Below the pieces are notes generated by a model. It saw nothing but the letters and a program-made list of their open reading frames with translations. It made no database searches and was not told where the DNA came from. From the NCBI GenBank assembly GCA_038212275.1, contig JBBQUR010000021.1, forward strand, positions 1 to 64,000: a stretch of DNA of 64,000 nt, in the 5' to 3' direction. Shown in pieces: positions 22,801 through 29,751 of the stretch. The stretch's first letter is position 1, and each line of letters begins with the position of its first letter. A program made the position numbers and the translations under genes. This DNA is from Planctomycetota bacterium. Lineage in GTDB: Bacteria; Planctomycetota; B15-G4.

Positions 22801-23529
22801 GCGGCGGTAGAAGACAGGCAGGGCCTCGTGGGCATGCACCTCGAAACCGGTCAGGAAGAGTGGATCGCTTCCCGTGGTGGAGAAGCGCAGCCGCAGCACG
22901 CCCGCGCCATCCGCCTGGGCGATGACCCAGGTCGTCAGCGTCGCGCCGAGAAACGAGGCCAGCGTGTTGCCGGTGTAGCTGGCGGTGCAGCGCAGCTCGC
23001 GCGCCACGACGCGCCACTGATTCGAGCTGCCCGGCTTCTGGCTCTCGACAAGCACGCGTCGCGACACCGTCGAAAAGCCCGCGGGGACGGAATTCACGAG
23101 GTCATACCAGGGCGAGCCCGCGCCGAGCTGCAGGCGCACGCGATACAGCGCGTTGGCCGCCAGCCCCGGGATGGCGAGAACGGTGAAGTCCTGCAGCGCC
23201 AGCGCCGTGAGCCGATGCGTCTGGGAGAGCTCGTCCGGATCGATGGTCATGACGTCGGACGGGTACGCGACGCCGTAGTAGGGCAGCTTGGCCGCGATGT
23301 GCACGGTGTCCAGCGGCGCGGGCACGAGCGTGATGCCCGCGGGGCCCGCTCCCGTCTGCCCGAGCTGGACGTAGCCGGCCTCGCCTGCCGGAAAGCCGTT
23401 GTCATCGCCACAGTCCACGCGCAGCGGAAGGATTTGCTGCGCCCTGACCGGGTTGGACATCAAGACACACGGCACCAGAATCGAAAACGCCAGGTGCAAC
23501 CCGACTGAGAGCCGGCATCGAAGAGCCAT
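19825..23529 (-). CDS. Large secreted hypothetical protein (~1234 aa); possible N-terminal carbohydrate-binding module, central helical-toroid domain, C-terminal CARDB-like Ig domain
   Basis: Signal-like N-terminus; RVDCG; GELGGGWGDDVE motif; C-terminal N.G...E.D..NN pattern; long clean ORF. Confidence 0.7.
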   Translation of the reverse strand: MALRCRLSVGLHLAFSILVPCVLMSNPVRAQQILPLRVDCGDDNGFPAGEAGYVQLGQTGAGPAGITLVPAPLDTVHIAAKLPYYGVAYPSDVMTIDPDELSQTHRLTALALQDFTVLAIPGLAANALYRVRLQLGAGSPWYDLVNSVPAGFSTVSRRVLVESQKPGSSNQWRVVARELRCTASYTGNTLASFLGATLTTWVIAQADGAGVLRLRFSTTGSDPLFLTGFEVHAHEALPVFYRRTAAGPLQTGVPELGPFVAAFNAGNFATAQTLALAVSDPWWRGVALVNLVGWLDGSRDGFVSLVPAAQAALAAAAPQHPGAAWLLDQLASYARALAHLEARGYADAKLCPEEGGTGFLNPACAGQSLASLEQATTNVNAHIALRLLSGLTASVNGTTVLDDMVAWNNGTLGGSAFEPSPLVFAALKLSGVTIAAINPLLTVNASDPESVEFRQRLTDIFTGFTGKGFAATDFPKDLELLLFSAYVTHPLGHPKNWPAADLAALFTPAQLAGAWWASDVLAPPADPTAPSWALLQRDGEFAMRSLARYWLTERWHKGELGGGWGDDVELLAALMPHFAARQDQSDRPLLDRLEGSVSYGLEHYAQVADGYYSGPPSDVEHSAEFTTDPWLLQRGLYGHSATMVETALDITRHLKSSTAPAASFAALTTAGRLHFRNYVFNVDGAVSDPATAFDIPLDGRAMLPGILTGFHAPFASTHPLNADLRAWAAGWRDDALDISSLASGKPSGFLAPAQWPGNKLGASGTWWNTSGSSTDTAALATSEVSYIMELLRLSWRSSTAGDRWLFLLPGVRMFRAVAAWEDAGKPSSPAVGSTLWAGQQFKSGTRFGSIAFAWRDDLQNETTLNVTPDPFYGGATTYVDAALLARLEAWTEVEYTNQGNALIYALGDVVPCAPHTGKNYNLLGTAYTASRDYMRACFPLMTNCCLHTDRVFVGQGGGAQQRLMGHTGAALVEGLRFAPLVGWSSRLGPAPDLAIQCNRRDPAGATWSAFVQNFGTQPVTLQLRLDEGLIPGKYRLETGPALDGCDSFPTGAATTAVDVQKRGAGASVDVTLGPGLSLVSATRLGAADLLPQRWDLAVAPPRVEIVKGPGMAPSLRVRAHIVNAGSDGSPSATVRLYASVFAPDGSLVAVPGVPPEVLLSTTNVPALAGSSGFTVAAHDVALAVPLTDLIAQILVTGLGIQVRVEVPGNAFEGDTLNNDMTAGWLLADMAVVGQ

Positions 23530-23547
23530 CTTCTGGTGTCGTCCCGT

Positions 23548-23599
23548 GGTGAAGGCAGTCGGTGAAGGCACTCGGTGACGGTGGCCGGTGAAGGTGGCC
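23548..23599. repeat. 13-nt imperfect tandem repeat x4 (GGTGAAGGCAGTC-like), intergenic
   Basis: Units at 23548, 23561, 23574 and 23587. Confidence 0.85.
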
Positions 23600-23668
23600 G
23601 GACGGACCACCGGGCAGGCGGTTGGCCCGGTCGTCGTTCGCGACGGCGGCGAAACCGTCCGTCGTTGC

Positions 23669-23686
23669 AAACGTTACGTGACGTTT
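23669..23686. promoter_or_regulatory. AT-rich near-perfect palindrome AAACGTTACGTGACGTTT between divergent genes; candidate operator
   Basis: Differs from its reverse complement at only 2 positions; AT-rich patch in a ~70% GC background. Confidence 0.4.
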
Positions 23687-23720
23687 TTCAGAAGTCAGCA
23701 CAGATTGCGGAGCCCGCGAC

Positions 23721-25661
23721 ATGACAACGAGTCCAGCTCGGGAAGGCTCGGTGAGCGCTCCCGACGACACATCGGCCGTCGCCGACGAGCCGGAGAATCG
23801 AAGCGCCCCACGCTCGCGCGCCGTCTCCCCGGCGCGGCAGGAGCTCGAGGCGCTGCACGCGGAATTTTCCGAATGGCTCGCCGCGCGTGGCGCTCGACTC
23901 GGCGCCGCGAACTGGTCCGCGATGCGGGCCGACGCCCGCCGCCTGGCCGCCTCCATCGCGGACATGGATCGCCTCGGTCTCGACCTGACCGAGCGCGCGC
24001 TGCTGGCGCTGCTCCCCTACGACGAACGCCCCGACCTGCGCCGCGCGGGAGCCTTCTGCCATGTGCTGCCCGGGCTGACTCGCGATCCGCGCGCCTGGTT
24101 CGCCGACGCCGGCTGGACGGCCGCCGAAGACTGGCCTGCCCTCGCACGCGGCCTGTTCACGTTCGTGCGTCGCTGCGACGAGAATCCCGGCGAGCTCTGG
24201 CAGGCCTGCCATGAACTGGGCGCACTGCCCGGAAGTCGCGGCATCGACAGCGCGCTGGTCTCGCCGATGCTCAACGCTCTGCGACCCGACGACTTCCTCA
24301 TCGTGAACGCGGCCACGCGCGCCACGCTCAACCACTTCACGGGCACTTCGTTCGGCCCGGCGCTGTCCGAGTACCCCGAGGCCCAGGCCGCCCTGCGCCG
24401 TTTCATCGAGAACTCGCGCGACGTGCTGCTGGCCCACGCCCCTCCCGGCATGCGCCTCGGCGACGGCTTCACCCTCTTCAGCCACTGGCTGATGAACGAA
24501 CGCCTCGCCGGCAGCGACGACCGCAACGCAGCATCCGCATCAGCAGCAGCGCCCGCGCCCGCGCCCGCGCCGGCACCGGCGTCAGCAGCAGCACCCGCGC
24601 CCGCGCCGGCACCGGCACCCCCGTCGGCACCCCCGTCGGCACCCCCGTCGGCAGACGCGTCGGCAGACGCGCCGGCAGACGCGCCGGCAACTGCGCTGGC
24701 ACCGGCTCCCGTCGCTCGACGGGACTGCCCGACGGACGACCTCTCGCCGACGGCCGAAGCTCCAACCGCCCCTCCTCCCGCAGCCGCCGCATTGGCAGAC
24801 GCCACACCTGTGCCAGGCGCACTTGCCGACGTCGCACCGGCCGACGTCGCACCGGCCGACGCCGCACCGGCCGACGCCGCACCGGCCGACGTCGCGGCAG
24901 CCGACGCCGCGGCAGCCGACGCCGCGCCTGCAGCCGGGCCGCCGGCGATGACTCCTCCGCCCGTCATCGCGGCGGCGCCATCACCCGTGCGCGGAGAGGA
25001 CACCTCGCCCGAAGCGGCGATTGCCCACGCCCGCGCGCCGCACGCCGCCATCGAGAACGAGCCCCAGTCCAAGCACCGCGACGCCCCGGACGACGAGGCG
25101 GCCGTCCACTCCGTCCCATCCCTCGTCGCGAGGACGGACAATGATCCGGCCCGGTCGGCGCTCGCGCTGCTCGTGGAACTGGCGGCGACCCGGGGGCAAC
25201 TCCTGCTCTGCGGACGTCCGGGCAGCGGCACCGCCGCGTGGACCGAGGCCGTCGCAGCCGCCCTGCGCCACGGCGACGGACTCTCCGAACGCCTCGTCTT
25301 CCATCCCGGCTGGACGCGCGCGGACTTCCTGCAGGGCGTCGACACGCACGGCAACCGACGCGCTGGCCGCTTCATGGAGTTCTGCAGGCGCACCGCCGAA
25401 CGCAAGGGCCGCAGCGTGCTCGCCATCCATGCGATTCAGCGCGCCGATGCCGATGCGGTGTTCGGCGAGGCACTGGGCCTGCTCGACCTGCGGGATGTCG
25501 AGTGCTCGCTCTCGGGCAGCGGCAACCTGTCCGTGCCGGGTCAGCTGGTGATCCTGGCGGGTTGCGACACGGCCGACGGCCTGCTGCCCGATGCCCCGGC
25601 CTTCACGCAGCACTTCGCGTGCGCCTTCGTGCCGGAACTGCCCCCGCCGCGCGCTCAGTGA
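23721..25661 (+). CDS. McrB-like protein with degenerate AAA+ domain and long Ala/Pro/Asp linker
   Basis: C-terminal motifs align with McrB: LCGRPGSGT, LVFHPGW...DFLQG, GRFMEFC, VLAIHAIQRA...VFGE, VPGQLVILAGCDTAD, AFTQHFA. Confidence 0.75.
   Translation: MTTSPAREGSVSAPDDTSAVADEPENRSAPRSRAVSPARQELEALHAEFSEWLAARGARLGAANWSAMRADARRLAASIADMDRLGLDLTERALLALLPYDERPDLRRAGAFCHVLPGLTRDPRAWFADAGWTAAEDWPALARGLFTFVRRCDENPGELWQACHELGALPGSRGIDSALVSPMLNALRPDDFLIVNAATRATLNHFTGTSFGPALSEYPEAQAALRRFIENSRDVLLAHAPPGMRLGDGFTLFSHWLMNERLAGSDDRNAASASAAAPAPAPAPAPASAAAPAPAPAPAPPSAPPSAPPSADASADAPADAPATALAPAPVARRDCPTDDLSPTAEAPTAPPPAAAALADATPVPGALADVAPADVAPADAAPADAAPADVAAADAAAADAAPAAGPPAMTPPPVIAAAPSPVRGEDTSPEAAIAHARAPHAAIENEPQSKHRDAPDDEAAVHSVPSLVARTDNDPARSALALLVELAATRGQLLLCGRPGSGTAAWTEAVAAALRHGDGLSERLVFHPGWTRADFLQGVDTHGNRRAGRFMEFCRRTAERKGRSVLAIHAIQRADADAVFGEALGLLDLRDVECSLSGSGNLSVPGQLVILAGCDTADGLLPDAPAFTQHFACAFVPELPPPRAQ
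24530..24926. repeat. Cluster of 6-, 12- and 15-nt in-frame tandem repeats (e.g. GCCGACGYCGCACCG x7 from 24825) encoding the low-complexity linker
   Basis: Read directly from the sequence. Confidence 0.85.
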
Positions 25662-25706
25662 ATGTCGCGCGCTCAGTGCCCGCCGCGCGCTCAGTGAATG
25701 TCGCGC
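25643..25706. repeat. 28-nt direct repeat (25643-25670 and 25679-25706) at a convergent gene junction
   Basis: CCCGCCGCGCGCTCAGTGAATGTCGCGC occurs twice, 36 nt apart. Confidence 0.9.
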
Positions 25707-26080
25707 CGCTCGCCGACGCCGGCCAGCAGGCCGGCGTGATCGAAGAGCAGCGCGAGCGTGTCGGTGTCGGAGTGCCCCGTCGTGCGCTCGTAGATCGGGA
25801 TCAGCGGGATGAGCAGCAGCGTCTCGCTGTTCAACTCGTCACGCCTCCAGAACATCAGGTCGCCATCGAACTGGCGGCGCACCGAGGCAGGCGGGCCGAG
25901 CGACGCGAGTGCCTGCGCCTTGGTCGTGCGGCCGATCTCGAGCTTCCCGACTCCATCCGGCAACGGCGCTCCGGCGCTGCGGTGCACGATCGTGCAGCCG
26001 CCGACACCACACAGCGCGACCGCCAGGCAGGCAGCCGCCAGCAGGCGTGCGTGCGGACCAGATGCCCGTTGCCTCCTCAC
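25691..26080 (-). CDS. SmpA/OmlA(BamE)-like lipoprotein, 5th of five
   Basis: GTG start overlapping the upstream TGA; lipobox-like VGGC; LEIGRTTKAQALASLGPP; L.LLFD..G.L. Confidence 0.75.
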   Translation of the reverse strand: MRRQRASGPHARLLAAACLAVALCGVGGCTIVHRSAGAPLPDGVGKLEIGRTTKAQALASLGPPASVRRQFDGDLMFWRRDELNSETLLLIPLIPIYERTTGHSDTDTLALLFDHAGLLAGVGERRDIH

Positions 26081-26544
26081 GGCGTGGCCTCCGACAGGGC
26101 CGTCACGCGGCCCGAGGCGTCGAACTGCACGGAGAGCACACGGTCGCGCTGGCGTCCGTCGATGCGTGCGTAGATCGGGACGATGATGCCCGTGAAGATG
26201 CTCGTGTTGAGATTGATCACGTCCACGTCCGTGAGGCGCAGGCGGTAGACGAAGACGTCGCCCGCCGCCAGCGGCAGGACCTCGCCCGGCGGCCCGAGCA
26301 CGGAGAGGACGGTGGCCTTGCTCACCGGCTCGGCTCCGCGTGCGCCGGGCGAATCCGCGTCCGGCACGCGGGCCGACAAGCTCGCCGCCAGCGTGCCGTC
26401 CTGCGCGGGTTGCCCCGTGCGGAAATCGAACTTCGAGTAAATCGCACCGGAGCAGCACGGCAGCAGCGCGCAGGCCACGGTCAGGCCCAGCCGGTGCGCG
26501 AGCCGTGTCTGCGGCGTGCGTGCAGGGGCGTTCGCGTCGCTCAC
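26077..26544 (-). CDS. SmpA/OmlA(BamE)-like lipoprotein, 4th of five
   Basis: GTGA overlap; LLPCC; SKATVLSVLGPP; LSVQFDASGRV. Confidence 0.72.
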   Translation of the reverse strand: MSDANAPARTPQTRLAHRLGLTVACALLPCCSGAIYSKFDFRTGQPAQDGTLAASLSARVPDADSPGARGAEPVSKATVLSVLGPPGEVLPLAAGDVFVYRLRLTDVDVINLNTSIFTGIIVPIYARIDGRQRDRVLSVQFDASGRVTALSEATP

Positions 26545-26981
26545 GGAGTGTCCTCGCGGTAGGCGACGTAGCGCACGCGGCCGGCCTCGTCGAGCCAGAC
26601 GCTCAGCGTGCGGCTCGTGAACTCCGTGTCCACCCAGGTGAACAGCAGCGGGAAGAAGGCCACGTGCGCACTGATGTGCAGCGCCTGCCAGGTGAGCACG
26701 TCGTCATCGATGCGGCCCGGCGTGCCGGGCGCCTCGATGGGCGCTTCGCTGCGCGTGATGGTCGCGAGCAGGTTCGTGCTGAAGCGGCCGGTCGGCGGGC
26801 CGAAGTCCGCGAGCAACTGCTCGCGCGTGGTGTGCCCGGCCTCGATGCGCGCCACGGCGGCCTCGGACACGTCCACGCCGGCATCGTCGTGCAACACGAT
26901 GCAGCCCGGCAGCGCGGCCATCGGCAGCGCGAGCGCGAGTGCCAGCGCCCACACGAAGCCTCGGGACGGACGCCGCCTCAC
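26541..26981 (-). CDS. SmpA/OmlA(BamE)-like lipoprotein, 3rd of five
   Basis: GTGA overlap; LPGC lipobox; IEAGHTTREQLLADFGPP; LSVWLDEAGRV. Confidence 0.75.
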   Translation of the reverse strand: MRRRPSRGFVWALALALALPMAALPGCIVLHDDAGVDVSEAAVARIEAGHTTREQLLADFGPPTGRFSTNLLATITRSEAPIEAPGTPGRIDDDVLTWQALHISAHVAFFPLLFTWVDTEFTSRTLSVWLDEAGRVRYVAYREDTP

Positions 26982-27403
26982 GACGCCTCCTCCGCAGGGC
27001 GGAAGGCGAACGACGTCACCACATCCTTCTCGTCGAAGAAGACCACGAGCAAGTCGGTGGCGGTGCTGCTGGACATGCGGTTGTAGAGCAGCAGCGCCGT
27101 GCCGGCCGAGGACACGCTGTCGTACTGCCAGGTCAGCGCGTTCTCGCTGCGGCGTGCGGTGGCGAGCACGCCCGAGAGGCGCAGCTCGTCGTCCACGAGC
27201 ACCGAGCCCAGTTCGGGACGCTTGAACTCCGTGGGCGGCCCGAGCAGAGCCAGCAGTTGCGCCTTGGTGGTGCGGCCCGGCTCGATCGAGGCCGCCGCCT
27301 CGCGCGACACCGGCGCGCCGAAGCGCGCGCTCCCGCCGACGAAGAGGCAGCCCGGCAGCAGGAGCAGCAGCAGCGCGCAGGCAGGTGCGGCGAGCCGGTT
27401 CAT
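26978..27403 (-). CDS. SmpA/OmlA(BamE)-like lipoprotein, 2nd of five
   Basis: ATGA overlap; LPGC lipobox; IEPGRTTKAQLLALLGPP; LVVFFDEKDVV. Confidence 0.78.
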   Translation of the reverse strand: MNRLAAPACALLLLLLPGCLFVGGSARFGAPVSREAAASIEPGRTTKAQLLALLGPPTEFKRPELGSVLVDDELRLSGVLATARRSENALTWQYDSVSSAGTALLLYNRMSSSTATDLLVVFFDEKDVVTSFAFRPAEEAS

Positions 27404-27873
27404 GGCGCGTCGATCCCGCGCTCGCAGCCGACCGCCGACACGATGTCGTCGGCGTCGAAGAGCACCTTGAGCCGGTCGATGCGCGTCTCGGTGTCGATGT
27501 TCAGGTACACCGGCCAGAAGAACCAGAAGCGGTCGTCGCGCTGCTCGCGCACCCAGGTGAAGGCCGCGCGACCGAAGACGTCGTGCTCCTCGAAGACGCG
27601 GATCGCCCGGCTGTCCGCGGTGGAGAGCTCGGAAAACAGCGTGGGCTGGCCGTACTCGTCGGGTGGCCCGAGCAGCGCCAGCACTTCGGCGCGCGTCGTG
27701 CGCCCCGGCTGCACCGCTGCGACGGCGTGCTCCGGGGGAATCGCGTCGCCGAGGTTCGCGCGCACCAGCGCATAGCAGCCCGGGAACAACCCGAGGCCGG
27801 CAAGCGCCACGACGAACATGCCCGCTCCGGGTCTGCGTGCGATCGTGCGGTGCGCGGCGGGCAGCGTGTGCAT
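27400..27873 (-). CDS. SmpA/OmlA(BamE)-like lipoprotein, 1st of five
   Basis: FPGC lipobox-like; VQPGRTTRAEVLALLGPP; LKVLFDADDIV. Start could instead be the ATG at 27819. Confidence 0.75.
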   Translation of the reverse strand: MHTLPAAHRTIARRPGAGMFVVALAGLGLFPGCYALVRANLGDAIPPEHAVAAVQPGRTTRAEVLALLGPPDEYGQPTLFSELSTADSRAIRVFEEHDVFGRAAFTWVREQRDDRFWFFWPVYLNIDTETRIDRLKVLFDADDIVSAVGCERGIDAP

Positions 27874-27942
27874 GGCGGCGCATGATAGCGTCCGCAGCCA
27901 CTGGAGTGGCGGGCAGCGGCATGCTAGACCGGCGAGCCGCTC

Positions 27943-28665
27943 ATGGAGAAGACGCTCACCCGCCGCGACGCCGTCTTCGCCGTGCTGGCGGCCTTCTTCC
28001 TCACCAACGCGATCCTCGCCGAGATGATCGGCGGCAAGCTGATCGTCGTCGGGCCCGCCTCGTGGACGCTGTTCGGACAGCCGCTGAAGGCGACCGCCGG
28101 CGTCTTCCTCTGGCCGGTCGTCTTCGTGACCACGGACCTCATCAACGAATACTTCGGCACGCGCGGCGTGCGCCGCATCACGGTGCTCACCGCGCTGATG
28201 ATCGCGTGGGTCTTCGTGGCGCTGCGCTGGGCCATGTCCGTCCCGGCCATCCCGGACTCCCCCGTCCCCGACGCGGCATTCAACAGCGTGTTCGGCACCG
28301 GCCAGTCGATCATCATCGGGTCGCTGGCGGCGTTTCTCATCAGCCAGCTCGTGGACGTCGTCGTCTTCCACTGGCTGCGGCGGCGCACCGGCGCGCGCTG
28401 GATCTGGCTGCGCTCCACCGGCTCCACCGTGGTGAGCCAGGTGCTCGACAGCGTGGTCGTGCTCTACATCGGCCTCGCGATCCCGTTCGGCTGGACCTTC
28501 GACCAGTTCGTGCAGGTCGCTGTCCCCAACTACCTCATCAAGCTGGTGCTGGCGCTGCTCATGACGCCGGTCATCTACCTGGTTCACGGCGCCGTCGAGC
28601 GCTATCTCGGGCACGAGCTTGCGCACGAGCTGAGCGAGTCCGCTGCCCGCGAATCAGAGCGCTGA
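27943..28665 (+). CDS. Queuosine precursor transporter (YhhQ/Vut_1 family)
   Basis: TDLINEYFG, GSLAAFLISQLVDV, WLRSTGSTVVSQVLDS. Confidence 0.9.
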   Translation: MEKTLTRRDAVFAVLAAFFLTNAILAEMIGGKLIVVGPASWTLFGQPLKATAGVFLWPVVFVTTDLINEYFGTRGVRRITVLTALMIAWVFVALRWAMSVPAIPDSPVPDAAFNSVFGTGQSIIIGSLAAFLISQLVDVVVFHWLRRRTGARWIWLRSTGSTVVSQVLDSVVVLYIGLAIPFGWTFDQFVQVAVPNYLIKLVLALLMTPVIYLVHGAVERYLGHELAHELSESAARESER

Positions 28666-28698
28666 GGCGTCCGGCGGCCGCTCGCGCGGCGCGCTGCT

Positions 28699-29631
28699 TC
28701 AGTGCACCCACGTCGGGAGCGGCCGCGGGTAGGTGCAGACGTTGCGCATGTCGCCCAGTTCCACCGTCTGCCCCTCGTGCATGTGCTGCACGAACCGGCC
28801 GGTGCGGATGTCGATCACCTCGCGACGGATGATGCGGCCCACGTGCAGGTCGGACTGCATCGGGAAGTAGTACTGGCAGTTGCTGAAGTAGTAGTGCGAG
28901 GCCTGGCTGCAGCGCGTCCGCGACGGATCCTTGATGGCCGTGCCGCCGTGGTAGAGGTTCGCGAGCCACACCGCGACCTGACCGCGCTTGAGCACCAACG
29001 GCAGCGGAGAGTAGCCGAGCGCCGCGAGTGCCTCGCGCACGAAGTCCTCGTAGGCGCCGTAGTTCTGCGGCGTGGGCTGCACACCGAGGTCCTGCATGTG
29101 CCACTCGGGCAGGCGATGGCTGCCGGGGTAGACCACGAGCGGTCCGCTGTCCGGATGGATGTCCTCCATCGCCACCCACGCCCCGCACATGTAGTGCTTG
29201 GGCAGGGAGTGAAAATGGATCGTGTCGCTGTGCGCCGGCTGCTGCGTGCCGACCTCGAAGTTCAGCGTCTGGAAGGGGATGGGCTCGCGCTGGAAGACGA
29301 GCCGCAGAAAGTCGAGCACCCGCGGCGCGTTGGCGACGGTGCGCACGTCGTCATTGAAGTACCAGGCCTCGGACACGCGCCGGTCGGCGCCGTACTTGCC
29401 GCGCAGATCCGCGATGAGCCGGGCCGCCACGACGTCGAAGTCGGGGATGTCGATGTCGAAGACGGCATAGCCGTCGCGCGCCAGCTTGCGCACCGCATCC
29501 TGCTGTTCCTGGGGAAGCCCCGACTCGCGCAGCATCTGCGGCAGGAACGGGGACTCCAGCGGCGGGATGGTCAACGAACGGCGCCACGCGTCGGGCGCCA
29601 CGCCTGCGGCTTCGGGCTGCGTCGTCTTCAT
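28699..29631 (-). CDS. Phytanoyl-CoA dioxygenase (PhyH) family 2OG-Fe(II) oxygenase
   Basis: QTLNF..GTQQ.AHSD (HxD), WVAMED...SGPL..YPGSH, HGG. Confidence 0.88.
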   Translation of the reverse strand: MKTTQPEAAGVAPDAWRRSLTIPPLESPFLPQMLRESGLPQEQQDAVRKLARDGYAVFDIDIPDFDVVAARLIADLRGKYGADRRVSEAWYFNDDVRTVANAPRVLDFLRLVFQREPIPFQTLNFEVGTQQPAHSDTIHFHSLPKHYMCGAWVAMEDIHPDSGPLVVYPGSHRLPEWHMQDLGVQPTPQNYGAYEDFVREALAALGYSPLPLVLKRGQVAVWLANLYHGGTAIKDPSRTRCSQASHYYFSNCQYYFPMQSDLHVGRIIRREVIDIRTGRFVQHMHEGQTVELGDMRNVCTYPRPLPTWVH

Positions 29632-29751
29632 CGTGCGCGTTCCATCATCCGTTCCGGGAATGGCGCGGAAGTGTATCACGCGCCCGTGAGCCAGGAAGGC
29701 TGACACGGCCGCGCTGCCGACGCCGGGCTTCGCCATGGCAGACTCTGCGCC

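Noticed and set aside
19791..28686. Identical 16-mer CCGGCGGCCGCTCGCG in two intergenic regions (19791 and 28671) as a REP-like element
   Set aside because: There are only two copies of an almost all-GC word, which is plausible by chance at this composition.
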